A stretch of DNA of 64,000 bases from Dicyema japonicum (GCA_011109175.1 RDEW01000006.1:657232-721231), one strand, 5' to 3'. Positions 48,487-62,659 are shown, numbered from the stretch's first letter. Made by a program: numbers and translations. Notes: generated by a model from the sequence alone, not told the origin.

Positions 48487-50310
48487 ATGACTGTTAAAAA
48501 GACAATAATTAATATTTGCCATGAAATTGAACAAGTTACATAATAATTTTAACAATCCAGTTTATTGACACCGATGATACTTACAAAGTTGTAACTCTTG
48601 TAGAAGATCTCGAAAATCAATGTAAACTATTATGCAAGGAAACCATGTCTGGAATAATTCGCGGTGTGGTCATTCCTATTCTAAGTATTTGTATTTAGAA
48701 TATTCTAGAAGACTTACTAAATTACAAACTCTATGATTCAGTATGCAGATTTATAGTGGTCTGGCGATGGCTCATTGATTTAGAACACGGGGGAAGCCAA
48801 TAAAAGGGTCTTAATCCAATTGGTGCCCATTTTAGTACCCATGTTGATGGATCTGGTCATTTCATTGGACAAACTGACTGCCCTGGACGTATTCTTATAA
48901 TTAAAGGTCAGATTTTGTATTCTGTAAACTCTATAATATCTCTCTGTCCCAAACGGCTATTTGAGATGTTGAATGATGTTAAACGGAAAATGTGGCTTTT
49001 CTAATAAACTTAGATTTAAACTCTTTGACAATGTTCTCACTTTTGGCGGTTTTTTTTGTTCAAATATAAAAGATGTGGTATATCAGTCGGAAATCTTCGA
49101 ACTACTCATCCATTTTTCAATGGGAGAGTTATTGGGCGTAGATTATATAGATTTACTGTCAAATATATCGGCTGACAACTACATTCAGGCAAATAGTCTT
49201 TAAAACATTCAGACTCTCAGGACATGGGTAAATTGCATAAACGGGACCGATGGACTCATTAAAAGTGCAAAAATTCGTCATTCTGAGGAAGATTGGGTGG
49301 ACTGGAACCCAGGAACTTTGAGATTAATCTGCTGGAACTCAGAAATGGACATTCCACTGTGTCATATTAGACACATCCACATAGAAAGTGATTCCCTCTC
49401 AATGTCTTAGAAAATATACTCAAAATTTGGACTATGTTTGGTTTATGCGTAGAACAGCCAATTTCTTTAACATTCGAAGAAAACGATGCTACTCTCAGAT
49501 TCATTTCCTCCTTCACTGAATCCTGTGAGGCGTTTCTGAACGAAAAGGCGTGTGATTCAGAGTTATGTGAATGTCCCTTTACAACCAATCGCTCACCTAA
49601 GCACGAGGGGCCGAAGCTAAGGTCATCTAAGCAAACAAACAATGAAGTAAGGTATAAATTAAGAGCAGAACGATGATAATGAAAACGTGGTTGTCCAACA
49701 ATTAGAAATAAACAAGAAAGCTGAGGGCGGTTTACAACAGGATGTTATGAACAGACACGTGGTATGATATCTCTCACAATGTAGAGTGAGCGTAAACGTC
49801 CTAAGTTAGACAATTCGGAAATACACAAGCCTGCGATGGCTCCCCCAAACAAATGCGCGTCTCTTCCAGTGACCGACAGTGAATTCGTTGATTCAGTCAA
49901 CCTTGAGTCCCGCATCCAAAAGTGCATTTATTTCGCAGAAAAGTCAATCAAGCGTGAATTGTAGTCATTCACTAATACTGCAGTAACATTTACAGCGACG
50001 CTCAATCAGCTCTCACAAAATATCAAGAACTGGAGAAAATGGCCGAGGAACTAACAAAGGCTGCTAGATATGACTTGGAGAAGATAGAGGTAGCCTTAAT
50101 TATTGTTGGTAGAAGGCATATATTCTGTTCAGGTCGAGGGTTAACGACGTAATAAAGATGTACGAGGCAAAGTACTGGCTGGTTTATTTTAGTTATAAAA
50201 AATTTGAGGAGAAACTATCGAATATGGAGGGCAAGATAACTGATATTACACGTGAGATTCTCTCTGTAAGGACTGAGCTTATTTTAGGTGAAACCCCCCG
50301 AGGAAATTAA
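48487..50310 (+). CDS. Compact SYCP2-like meiotic axis protein (putative)
   Basis: KDVVYQSEIFELL, QTLRTWVNCING and DWVDWNPGT parallel recalled SYCP2 N-terminal motifs (DYDLQVGITEAL, DCRIFLNLVNG, FWIDFNLGS). C-terminal coiled coil. Micro-introns include a 24-nt GC-AG at 49189-49212. Confidence 0.5.
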
Positions 50311-50394
50311 CATGATGATAGCTAAGGATATCGTCATCCAGTGTATAGAGAGGGCATTCGCAGATTTCTGAATTTGGCTTACAAAAAGTTATAA

Positions 50395-51499
50395 TCAACG
50401 TTTTTTGCCATATTTAGTGTTAATAGTATTTGAGAGGTCGTACAACTTTGTGAAGGGTATGTCGGGGGTTCCCCTCACAGTTTTCTAACCATATAGATGA
50501 CCAATACCTCATCCTCTGTCTTCCATCCGATTAAATATAAAATATCAAAGTCCGCAACTATCGGATTGGCAAATTCGGGTGGCACATGTCCAGGGAATGG
50601 GAATTCTTTAGTGTAAATCTCATTGGCTCGTGACAGTACTGCACGTGATAGGGAGGGCTTCCGTTTGATAAGACAGTTGGATTCTCCCATATATTGGAGG
50701 TCCTTCATTAGGTGTCTCATTGACGGGTACCCCATCTGCAGTCTCTCCATATCCTAACACGCATAATAGCTCAGTCAAACCACAGTGACTAGTCTAAATC
50801 CCACACTCCTTAAAAGGTCTCCAAGCGAACCGATGGTCACAAACGGCGAAACATGGAGTCCAAATCCCTATTGGTGTTAAATAACCCTACTCCTTCTATC
50901 TCCTCCTCTGCCGCTTGCAAGGAGTGCCTTAACTGACAGAGGGTTTCGTTTCCCAACATAGATGCTATAAAACAGCCCTCGTTTTTCAAGATAGAAAAAA
51001 TCTAATAAACAAAAATATTACATTTTTAAACAGGCCACGTAAGTCGTTAACCCAATGTAGACTATTAATTTAAAAATACAAGACCAGAGATTGCTTATTA
51101 CTATATCGAACGCAAAATCCTCTCTGAAACACAAATTCTCCTCGTCCATTTGTAGAGAATCATGCTGGTCATTGTGTGCTGTACGAATAACGTTAGATAT
51201 TTCGGTTTTCACAAGATATTTAATGATATCATCTTCTAGAGAACGAGCCACGTGGCTTCTATCGCAACCAATTTCAAGGCCAAGAGGAAATTCTCTCTTT
51301 ATGTCGTACATTCTATCAATTAATTCTTGAGCTCCCTAGTGATAAATAGACTTAGTACTCTTTCCTTGAGATAACCCGAATCATGATTAACACGTGCAGA
51401 ATAATTCTTATGTAGAAGTTTAACTTTTCTGTCAAAGATAGGAGCATTTGTACTAGAGCATAATCTCTTCACTAATGACAGATTTCTTGAAATTCTCAT
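50395..51499 (-). CDS. NDUFAF5: Mitochondrial complex I assembly factor, SAM-dependent (NDUFAF5)
   Basis: IFDRKVK, DIKREFPLGLEIGC, MDEENL, HWVNDL, HVSPF, YPSMRHLMKDLQYMGESN, FDILYLIGWK. Confidence 0.93.
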
Positions 51500-51619
51500 A
51501 ATAAATCTCAAGCAACTTTGACAACTTGAATGCAAATAAATTTTATTTATTTTTTATAAAACTTAGTTAGTTAAGTTTAACTAATTATTTTGTTGTGTTC
51601 TATGGGGGATTTTGAAAAT

Positions 51620-51940
51620 AGCCGCGTGGCGCCATGTGGTGCTTCGTGGCTAATTGATAGAAGTTTCTATTTTGTTCGTCTGTTCCTCCTCTCTCTTCCT
51701 ATTAGAGTGGCGTCATGTGATCCACCTGTCTAGGTGGCGCCCAGTGCCAGGCCGGCACGAAAAAAGATAATTTGCTCTCCCCACTCCACTGGAGGGGTTT
51801 CCACGACTGCAACTATGGACGTCTTTTACCCTTTATGCTGATTCCGGATGGTCTCTTTTTCTGTAGAAGTGGAAACTGGATACACTTAATTAGTTGTTTA
51901 CCTTAACTTCTTTCTCGGTGTATCCGGGGTTAATGAATAT
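51620..51940 (+). mobile_element. Short non-autonomous LINE derivative (structured leader + 3' tail)
   Basis: Colinear with 37220-37530. Pseudoknot at 51709-51771. Confidence 0.8.
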
Positions 51941-52039
51941 ATAATAATAAATTGAAAACAAAAACTAGATATTAAATTTTAACTCAATAAAATGCGTTTT
52001 TTTATATTCCATACAGGCTTCCATTTCCGAAAATGTAGA

Positions 52040-52400
52040 TCCGCCCTCTGCCATTTCCGTCGCCGACATCACTTCATTCTTTGGCTGGAGAATTTTCATA
52101 ATGGAAATATTCACCAGTAGAATTGGTTAAAGAGAGCCAAGAAAGAAAGTATCAAAAGCCAACTAATCAAGTGATCCCAGCTTCTAATAATTCCCACACT
52201 CTCTTTGAGTGGTCGGCCAGCAATCCACTGTCTTCCGGTAATGACTCCTCGAATTTCTGCAGAGTAACTCGATCGTGGTGTCTTTCTACAAAACTGATCT
52301 GGATTTCTCTCAATGGACAACTTTTTCTCCACTTGTGCTTTCTGGTCCCTTGTAGAAATCCGAAAAACCTCAGCCATTTTTTCTGGTCGACTCCTCTGAA
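52040..52400 (-). repeat. LINE 3'-end fragment with 3' UTR
   Basis: WDHLISW terminus. The 3' UTR segment gtcgc.gacatcacttcattct recurs at 58855-58885 and 34925-34955. Confidence 0.55.
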
Positions 52401-52813
52401 AATAAAGTAAAAATCGATCCTCTTGGAAGAGGAAGCATGATTTTCATCCGGAGTGAGTTTATGTGTTCGATTATTGTGGACGAATGAGCAAATCTCAAGT
52501 CAGAATAAGCGTATTTGATGGTCTGAACAAATCTGGTGAGGTAGGTCACTGGAGGAAAAGGCCTCTTTGCTTGTAGAGTTACATTAATAGCAACGTGCTC
52601 GAGCCAAGAACGTTTAGACGTCTCAACTAACACCAACTGGAATGCGAATCAATCCCCAATGCCGCAGTACTCATTCCTTTTAATTTAAAATATTATTTTT
52701 CCAACTTTTTTAGTCTAAAAGAATTTTCAAATATATTTAAAAGATAAAATTTGTAATTAAAAATTAATGAAAAATTAATTTATTAAATATTATAGTCTCG
52801 TGCAGCCGGTCAA

Positions 52814-55800
52814 ATGTCCGACGTTGTAAAAAACGGAGATAATTCTGAATGGTCTCTTTTAAACGTAAAAGTGCAATTTCCAAACAACAAACAGTCCGAA
52901 TATATGGTCCAAGTCATTATGTATAAAAGATAGTTTCAAATGAACTTATTCTCGACTTACGCCAGTCTATTATTGACAATCAAATTAACCGCACGTGCTT
53001 CGCTCTTTACTACAAAGACAAGGAATTGGACAGATTTGAAGAAGTTGGAAAAACAGAACTTGAAAATGGCTCAGTCATTAAATGTGTCGATGGTCTGCTT
53101 TTCCTCTCCAATTTTAGTTCCCTACAATCTGAGGGAAGCACGTGCCCACTTTAGACATATCCGGGAATTTTTGTTCTCTAGTGACCAAGAAGCCTTCATG
53201 GGAACCCGGGGTCAGTCTCTGTCTACTATTTCCAAGATCTTCAAAGAGGGTATGCTTGAAAATGAATTATTCAGAAAATTCCGATAATCAAATAATTGAT
53301 TATCTCCTACCAGGAAGCGACAAGAAGTCTGTACCTTTCACGGCTCTTTATCCTCTATCCACCAACAAAAAATGTTTCAAAGTCCTCAGTCTGAGCGCTT
53401 GGAATCCTCCCCCATCAAACCGCCAATTAAAGGGTAGATTGACCTCTCATTTAAGGGGATCTATTCTACATGTTTGTGGTCACAAATGACGACAGGAAAA
53501 TACACATTACTGCCTGCGTAGATGGATTTTATGCAAATAAGTGATGATGGTTAGTTATTTTAGTTCTACTGACGACACCTTCTCTCCTACTCCCATAACA
53601 AAGTCTCCTCCTTACCATTCTCTAATTGATCTGTTTTCCAATGTAGTTAATTTCTCATTATGAGATTTCTGACCATTTCAAGCGTTCGTTTAATGCTCTG
53701 GTGGAACGAAATAAATCCAGAGACCCTTTAGAAACAGTGCCCACTCCCATTCAGACATATCCGTGGTTCAGTCCAGACATTTCCCACACTCAGGACTATC
53801 TGAGGGCTGAGGATGGTTCCCATGCTGTGATTATTCCTAGGATTTGGTCATCGTTTGGGATTTGAGGAGAATTTGCCTTGCAATGTGAGGAATTGGAATG
53901 AAGAGTATCAATCTAGCAGGGATGTCCCTACGAGACGTTGACTGAGAAAGTAGCACGTGACAGGATTACTTTTAGAGTATTTATTTGTTATATTTTAGGT
54001 TTACTGTGAGATGATCGCCACTGCTGTATTGGGGTGCTGTGACGCTTTTAATGGGAGTTTGATGGCAGTCAACCACAGTCAGGAGGAAAAGTAGCTTGTT
54101 CATTGATTTAAAAGTAATAATGTGTACTTGTGGAATAATTTGTTCATTTCCATGGCCTACGATGTGGCCAAAGTCTTCACTCAATTAGGTGGGGATTTAG
54201 CTGCCCATTACGCCCAGGTTTTGTGAGATATTATTAAAGAATTTGGACCTCCAGGGAATATCCGCAGTCTCCTCTATAGACAACACGGGAATCCATACGC
54301 TAGGGACTGTTATTGTTGACTACTGTGGAAAGCGGATGTGTGCCCAATCTATGATTGCTGGTATCATTATTTCTAATTGTCAGGTATTATGGAAAAAATG
54401 GAGAAATTGGTTGTGTACGGATTGTGTGAAAGCGGAGAGACCAAAGTCATCAAATCCAACGAGGATTTTAATAATAAAGTGAATTTGGTTGTTTATTCAA
54501 GTTGGAAGTACTTTGTGATAATTTTGGATTGTGCAGACACAAAGTATGGAACTATGAGGGAGAAGAACAAGTTGAAGTTATTCCGTCCGCTGAATGTAAA
54601 GGAATTATTGGATTTGACTCTCGCTATTACATTCTCGACCTCAGTCGGTTCTTTCCTGCTGATATAAATTATCTTGCTGGTCTGTATGGCTATTCACTAA
54701 TAGACGATGTCCCCTTTGACCAGTTTAGTGAGGAACTGAAGCTAGGGGATTTCCTAGAAGCCACGTGCATAAACTGTGTTCTATCCGTAATGAGCTGGTC
54801 TCCTATTTTATCAGGTCAATATCTCATAATATTTAAGCCATAAAAAAGAAGAGTTAATTCAGGCATATGTTAAAATTAAAGAAGTCAAGGGAGTCGATTC
54901 CAGTTCTGATGATTCTGAATGCTTAAAAGAAGCGCTTAAGGAAATCGGATCCCTTTCTGAATCAGATCTGAAAATTGGGTTCAATCCTGACTTGTACCTG
55001 CAAAGTGTAAGGTGTGTGGAGGTTTGGCTTCAATTATAATATTAGGGCGATGATCTGGAAGCACAAAAACGACTAAACAGAGAAATCTGCCATTTTCTAG
55101 TGATTTATCAAATCCCTTATCTCGTGAGTGGGTGTCTTACTCTTAGGTTGACTTTTTGATGGAGGAGTCTGTTTATTCTGGGGAGGAGTTAGTTCAGTCT
55201 ATGCATTTAATGTATTTCGTGTTTATATTTGCAGGGGGATTAATGTACGCTATTTAGGTGAAGTAGCCCGTCTGGCTGAACAACGGAAGTTGTCGTTTAT
55301 CACGGTAGTCTGGTGTTTGTTATGTAAAGGAGAGTTGCATCTACCAGATGATCTCAAGAGCGGTTAAACACGTGTTCAAAAAACTCATGGATAAGGTCCC
55401 GGCCTCACAGAGGGCGACCTCGATAGTGCATATTTTAAACTGCTTTTTGTTCCGTGATACTACCAGACGGGGGAAGAAAGGAAAACCGAAAATCTCTGTT
55501 GTTATTGGTGGACTTGATTATGGGACATTTTGGGACTCTATTAAGTCAGAAGTTACCGACTACTTTGGATATGATTTGGAAAATGTCGATTTTTGCTCGA
55601 GAATTGTTTTGCTGAGGCTGTTCTGCACTACTTTGGGGATCAAAATCAAATTTAATAATTATTCTGGAATATTCGAAAAGCTAACGTCGCCTCCATTTGA
55701 GCCTCTGTTTGTGGAAGATGACATTATTGGTCTGTTTCCCCGTGTAAAATACCCTGCTCTTTCAGTAACGATGAGACTTATTGTAGTTAATTGATAGTTC

Positions 55801-56784
55801 TCAATCCATTGTAAAGGCGAAGTGGTTGATTAAAAATGGGAACATACAGGATGGGTACAATCTAATGAATGAAACTATGCTTGTCATCAATGAAGTCTTC
55901 GGACCGATGCATTCTCAAAAGGCTTTAATTCTTTCTTTGTTGGCCCGCGTTAATTATGTAATGGGGGAGTTCACTACTGCCTTTGAAATCCAACGACATG
56001 TTTCTTTTATGTATGAACGACTTACTGGAATCGACTCCTTTGAGACTATCTCATCACTCGTTGTTTTTTTATTAATTTTGTAGAACTTTTTAGCGCTGTA
56101 CTCTTTTGCTGTCGGGAAGGCTGAGTTGTGTCTACGTCTGCTTATGAGGATTAGATATCTCAGTCTATTTTACTGCACCGAGGAGAATCCTCGCTTCTTT
56201 ATGATTGACGTTGTCTTTAGGTCTCATTTTCTTAGACGTGCATTGGTTTGGTGTTGCTGAACTGGGGATGGCGGATTTTGCTGAAAAGTATTTTTCTCAT
56301 GCTTGTGATATTGCCGTTCAGTTTGATAATTTGATTGTAAGTGTCAAATTCGCATTTTTGCTATCTCTGAAGGCTCAATCTCTCGCATATATCAGATTGT
56401 ACAGAGAAGCCATTTGTTGTGAACAGAGAGTGCGAGTGATTTACTCCAAGGAGGTTGCAAGTGTGCTTTATATTAGCTTGGGGACGATAATGTTATGACA
56501 GATTCTTCTCGTCAGAGACTCCGAGATTATACGAACCACGCAGTCGAACAAAAACGGATGATTAATTCTAACAAGACACCGGATTCGTCTATGATTGTGT
56601 CGGATATGACCAAGTTTCATTTATCGAAGGTTTTGTGCCTTAGTCATCTCAATTTCATTTATGGAATCCGTTATGATTAGTTGGCTTAATGTTACTATGT
56701 TTTAGTGGCACTGGGAGTGATAATGTGGAACAGAAAGTGGACCAGTCTGTTATTGATCAGACCATTACTGAAGATGTAGAGTAA
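52814..56784 (+). CDS. CLUH: Clustered mitochondria protein (Clueless/CLUH), many micro-introns
   Basis: [86 protein letters not shown] region VFGPMH. Introns of 21-25 nt. Confidence 0.93.
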
Positions 56785-56859
56785 TTCTCATTATTTCTGT
56801 TACTAATCATTTTAACATTCTTTTTAATCAATAAAATTCGATTTTCTTCGCAAAGTTAA

Positions 56860-57870
56860 TCGCATTCGATATGAGGGGCTCTTGGTTTTTCGTTGGTTGC
56901 TTTCAAAGCTTGTATGTAGAGCAATTTTGCCTACGCTGATAGCATAGCTACGACCCAAATTGGGGGTTGTGAAGCGGCAGATCATACTGTCCGTACATTC
57001 ACTGAAAAGAACGAGAACATTTCTCATTTAATCGTCAAAATTGATATCAAAAACGCCTTCAACAAGATACGGTGTGATACATTTCTGGAGGATTGCTTTA
57101 CATTCTACCCATCATTGTACAGCTATTTTCATAGCTCATATGGAAAACCTTCCGACCTGGTACACGGTCAATGCTTCATTCCATCGTCCTCTGGTGTCCA
57201 ACAAGGAGACACACTGGGCCCTGCCTTGTTCAGCCAGGGAATTGCCCGTATCACGGAATATTGTTCTACTTCTCTGAAAGTATGGCATTTGGACGATTGC
57301 ACCATGGCTGGCACGACCGAGGGTGGGACCAAGTGACCTTACCCTTTAGCTTTGGTGAATTGGGAATCCTTGCCCCCGTATCTGTCGTCCTTGTGCTCCA
57401 GCCGACTGCTGATCAGGATGATTTTCCAACTCCTAACAGAATCGTCTGAAATCACGATTCCTGAGCAGTAAGACCGTTAAAGGACTATCTGCGAAGATAA
57501 ATATGAGAGGGTTCTGAACCAATAAACCAACACCTACGTGCCTGCTTAATCACTGGAAGATGCGAATGGAATGGCGCTTGGATCAGTGCCCTCACCGTTG
57601 GTAGCGTCGGGACCCATCTTGATGACGATAATGTCCGCATCGGTATCTCCATCAGATTTGGACTAATATTTGTCAGACTCACAAGTGTCGGTGTGGTGGT
57701 ACCGTCGACTGTTATGGACATCTTGCCCTTTTTTGTAGAAGTGCAGGACGATTCCCAAAACATAAGGCGATCAACGGAATTGTTAAGCGAGCCCTGGAGT
57801 CTGCTGGATACCCCTTTATACTTGACATGTTGGCTTGGACAAAGGAGACGGAAAACGGCCTGACGCAACT
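56860..57870 (+). mobile_element. Degenerate CRE-clade retrotransposon with internal deletions
   Basis: VKIDIKNAFN, GVQQGDTLGPALF, WHLDDCT, GAWISAL, CRCG, HKAINGIVKRAL, GKRPD. Confidence 0.88.
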
Positions 57871-59026
57871 CAACGTCGATTATGTCTGCGGAAACAACTT
57901 TTGATTGATTTTTTTGTTTTAATAAATTAATAAGTCAACAAATTGTCATGTGTTAAATAGTGGGAGATAGACTGGACTCTTGATACATAAGTGATCGAAT
58001 GCAGTGTGTAAGGCCAGTTAGTAATAGTGCTTGGCCAATCTTCTGATTCTTCTAAGTTCGATGAGATTTGACTGAGCAAATCGTAAGGGGAAATGCGTTT
58101 TCAATTATGACAGCAGCCAGCAGTTTCTAACTGTTAGTTTTTGTGTTATAATTAATTGTTCTTTATACGCAGAACTGATGATTTGAAGTAAAAAATTGTG
58201 ATGGATGACTTTGAGAGTCAAGACGTTATGGGATTTGATATGAATAGTTGATTAAGACGTCCAGATGCTTCTACAATTTCATGGTAGCTTGGAATTATAT
58301 TATGCTGCAACTATCATGCAGTTAACATATATCAAGACGAGAGTATCTTCAGAATGGGGAGATGAGAAACCTTCTCGTGGAGAAGGGGGACCTTATTTCT
58401 TACATACTGCCAAAAAATCGGGCAATTCTCATCTTCCAGCATCCAACGGGATACCCTTCCAATTGGCAAATGGCAGTTCAACATTTAGCTTTAAGCAGAA
58501 ATTTATTTGCCCTCGATCTCTGCAAGTGAGGGAAACCGGTGGGTAGTAAGAAAGTCACAACCAAGAGTGGACGCTCTAAGAGATCTGTCAGGTGTATGTG
58601 CTGTGGCACTGAACTCGAATGCGGACCCAGACAAGAGATGGTTCGTCTTTGGTCATAAAAAAGCTGAAAGGATAGAGCGGCAGAGATTTATTAATTTAAC
58701 CCCAAGCCTACAGAATATGATAAGTCCAGCACAAACAATCACAACTATTTAATCGAGGGAAGGAACCCAAGGGGGAACGTCTGCTTGTGCCGATCAAATC
58801 AATCCTCCAGTGGTCCATTGCAAGTCCGCCCTCTTCTATTTTCATCACACGTCCTACCGTCGCAGACATCACTTCATTCTTAGGAGGAAGAGTTTTCATA
58901 ATGGTGATCTTCACCAGTGGATTTGGTCAGGGAGAAGGCAGAGGTGAAATCTACAAATCAAAGTTTAGTTATATTACATAAAAACGCAAATTAAAATTTA
59001 TTATAATTATTTTTGAATAATTTCTC

Positions 59027-59930
59027 ATGTGTAATTATTTGAATGAATTTCTTGATAACGAATTGGCTGTTGTGAAGGGTTTATTTGATTGCGGAATAAA
59101 CGTGTCGACATTTGACAATAAATTTGTTTCTATAAATATCGATATCGAAACCAGCAAATTTGTGAATGTTCAGGTCCCCCCTTTGATTCTCACTTGCAAA
59201 GTCCCGATTTTGTACCCGGTTGAACTCCCGGATTATAAGATTCAGTGGAAACACAATAATATTGATTTATTAATTATGGATTTTTATAAATTTCAAGTTA
59301 ACACAAAAAATGATAATAATTTTGACCAAAAAATTTTCGAAAGTGTTGACTGGTTAACCCAAAATTTAAATAAATATTTTTTCGAACCAAAAATTAATGA
59401 CAGCGTTAAGATTGAGAATTCCGATCTTTCTTCGGAAAATGTTATTTTTCTCTTAATTTTTAAAGGCTGATGTTAGAAATGACTCGAAATACAGCTTTAG
59501 CAGGATATGGATATACAGTCATCACATCTATAACTCCGCCAAACGAAGTCACATCGTAAAAAACGTAGTAAATGTGTATATTTTTGGCAGGGATCTTGAC
59601 CTGGACGGATTTTCTGTTCCTGGGAAACCCGGATTATTTCCGTTGAGGGGAGAAAGAATGGATTGATAAATTTTGGAAGGACCTTAGCGGTTTTGAATTG
59701 GAAGAGGATCACAATGAGAGAAAAAGAGGAGTTTGAGAATTTGACGGTCGAGGAATTTTCAGGAAAGAAAAATTTTCAGTGAATTTAAAAGAAATGGACT
59801 TTACTTCAAAATGTGGAGTAAACAGGCACGTGGATATTGGTCGTTTGGGGGAATATTTGAGTGAACTGGGAGTGAGTCATATATTGTTACTCTATTTGGG
59901 TTTGATTATAGAAAAAAAGATAAATAATTT
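59027..59930 (+). CDS. RWD-domain protein 2 (RWDD2A/B-like; 3' end approximate)
   Basis: RWD domain with YP motif, RIWIYSHHIYNSAKR, GFSVPGKPG..VEG, NWKRI and C-terminal HVDIGRLGEYL. Two short introns. Confidence 0.85.
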
Positions 59931-60189
59931 TATACCTTCGCGACCCACCGGGGGTCATTTTTATGATTGCAAGGTCAATTTTTCTCTAGGAACAATGTGT
60001 CCTCCTAGAGCAGCGTTTCTCAGCGGGGTCCCTGGGACCAAGAGAATAACTGATTGTGCTGGGGGCTATGACTTAAGGATAATTATGGACGTACGCAACT
60101 GACCTTCTCGTCGCTTGTGGAGCACCACTGAGAATTAATGAGATGTCTGCACGCTCTCCTCGAGGATGCGATTTTTGAGTGTTTAAGTC

Positions 60190-61090
60190 TCTGCTTCAGT
60201 TAACTCCTTTTTCTTTCTTTTACTTCTCTTTTTCATTTGTTCTACTAAAGTCGGGTCACGTGATCCGTATTATGTGGTGCCCACTGTCATGGTAGGACGG
60301 AAGGATCGTTCGATCCCCCTCGCTCACTGGAGGGTTTCCCACGACTGAAGGTTTTCTTTCCGTTGGTTTAGATGGACTTGCGTGTCACTAGACTTCCTAC
60401 GTGGCAACATTAGTTCATTTAAAGTGTTCCAAAAAGACATGCAAGCTCCTTCCCATCATGCAGGTATGGAGACGTGGGTGGTGTCTTATTTTCCCTCCCG
60501 GAGTGACGATGAGCAAATTCCAGGAATTCTGATTAAATTTACCGAACTACAAAGCTTTCTCTTCTGCCATTCAGTAGACCTGGTCAGCAGTGTCTTGGAT
60601 AACATATCCGACCTTTCCCCTCGACGATCAACTGGACCAACTAACTCTAAAAATCCGCCTATCGTCTCTCCGAAAGACAATTTGCACTCTCCCTTCACCA
60701 TAATTTTTCCGCCGCTACCGTCTTGATATCATTTACTGCTCCAGTCTTTAGCAACTTGATCGGAAAGGGCCCTGTCAAAGCCTGGTGACCCCTACTACCT
60801 CGCCGGATGTCTCTTTTCCCTTCTTCTTTTGGAGCTGTCATTTTCGGGATATTATATATGACTTACGTACTGTCCATAACCCAATCATCTTTAGAATTCC
60901 ATGAAAATAAAAGTTAATTCATACATCAAAGACATTGTCAACTTCTCACGTATTTTATCAGACAAGACCTTCACGATTTTCTGATAGAGGATTCCGTTCA
61001 GTAGACGCTGGTCTCATTCACCTCAGTGAGACAAACTCCGAGTTCGCCAAAAAATCATTCTGATGGGCGGCTTCAACGTCTTTGCATCCG
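60190..61090 (+). mobile_element. Degenerate Ingi/Vingi-like 5' part: structured leader + APE remnant
   Basis: Leader 60257-60345 with P2 TGATCC/GGATCG and P4 CTGTC/GACGG. Downstream LRGNISSF...ETW and ILMGGFN. Confidence 0.55.
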
Positions 61091-61329
61091 GCAACACGGT
61101 TTTCATTTAAACTTGAGTTCGCTTGTTTCTCTTCCCAAGGAAACTTTCTAGTGAAGTCTGTTTCGTACTTACTTTCGCTAATTTGTGGGTTAAATTCAAG
61201 TGTTCAAAGGATCGAGATGTAACCTGGAAAATAAAAAAACGTACATTAAATGCCTTTTTCAGAAAACGAATGGAAGATATTGTCCCAGATGTTCGAACTA
61301 CGGACATATGCTTTCTTGATTACTGAAAG

Positions 61330-62330
61330 ATCAAATAAGGGAGTCCCAAGCGACAAAAAGACGCTTCTGGGCAAGTTCGCGACAGATTGATCCTTGACAG
61401 GCATGTTGGACTTTTTATGGTTAAAATTGTCTCCTGCTTCCCAAGATGCTTTTCAACTTCCGAAGTTCCCCTTGTTATGATGAAGAGGATCTCCGATCTT
61501 TCTTTGATAATAAAATTAAGTCAACCTTCAAGCGATTTAAATATACATTTGGTGACTATGAATGCAACTTTGCATGTTTGTGTTGGAGGATTGGGAATTA
61601 CCGTACCTTTGGATGCCGCATTAAGTGAATAATTGTCCTCTTATAGATCCTCGAAGAATTTGATCCTCAGCTCTTATTCCGGACTGAATGTATCGATGAC
61701 ACAATCCAGAGCTATGGACTTGTGAAGGACCGTTATCTTCCGGAGAGCGGCGTTAATCAGAAAGCGTATTCGGGGCGTGTCTTTGAAAAAAAGAGGGAGA
61801 GCATTGGGGATGCGAGAAGACTTGCATTACTCAAAACAGTTAACTGCCATTCAGCAGGTTTCTGGCTGAACGCCTATCCTTGTGCCGAGAGTGGCAACCT
61901 GCTGGATGAAAGGGAGTGAGAATAGCCACCTCGCTACGTCTTGGTCTTAAAGTGTGTGCGGAGCCAAAATGTCGCTGTGGACATTTGATCGATCCATATG
62001 GCTACCGTCCACTGTCATGCAGGTTGAGCGTGGATCGTTTCCCAAGGCATTCTGTCTCGACGTGACGTTGAAAAACGCACTTTCTTTAGCTAACCACCAC
62101 TGCACTACAGGTCTCACCGGAGAAGATGAAAAACGCCCCTATAGAATGAAAACATTCCCTTTTGCTAATGGTCGGAACCTGGTTTGGGTCGCTACATGGA
62201 TTGATGCATACTCTCCGAAGAATCTGGCCCCTTCAGTATCGGATCCAGGCCATGTTTCTAAACAAGCCGAGGACCAGAAGAGAAGGAAGTATAGAATGAA
62301 GATCACTTGTTTTCCCATTTGCTGTTGAGA
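61330..62330 (+). mobile_element. Degenerate CRE-clade retrotransposon 3' half
   Basis: GGLGI, SAGFWLNAYP, TSLRLGLKVC..PKCRCG, FPFANGRNLVW, AEDQKRRKY. Confidence 0.85.
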
Positions 62331-62339
62331 CATCAGAAA

Positions 62340-62590
62340 TCCTTGGGCCACCACGACCACGGTAAAACAAAGCTAATTATCACGTGATCCCGGTACATTC
62401 CAACAGCGACCTCATCTTTGCCCAATGTTCTTCCCTCGTGCCCGGGCATGAACATACAGGACGACTGACTGAATTTCAGGCTCACATTCACGTTTAGTCT
62501 CATAAGGGTCTCCAGGGACGTAGGTCCGGTTCGGTGATCTTCACAAATCCAACACTCCGTAACTCTGTAAGCCCTCGTTAGCATTTCCTA
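62340..62590 (-). repeat. LINE 3'-end fragment (GGGATCACGTG family)
   Basis: Encodes GRTLGKDEVAVGMYRDHVIISFVLPWS, matching 20100-20190. Confidence 0.65.
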
Positions 62591-62659
62591 AATTTTCCTT
62601 ATATTTGTCCAAATATTGACGGTTTTTTTGTTGAAGTGGTGACGTCGTCTGCTCACCTC

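Noticed and set aside
51622-51685. Possible tRNA-derived A/B boxes at the head of the short elements
   Set aside because: Only a loose match in one copy and not conserved in 37220 or 45290, so a tRNA-SINE origin is not supported.
58200-58750. Short ORFs 58265-58546 and 58507-58752
   Set aside because: No family recognised; they may be decayed retroelement sequence.
60300-60325. CGTTCGATCCCC resembling a tRNA T-loop/B box
   Set aside because: No cloverleaf can be folded, and the homologous positions in the other four leader copies lack it.
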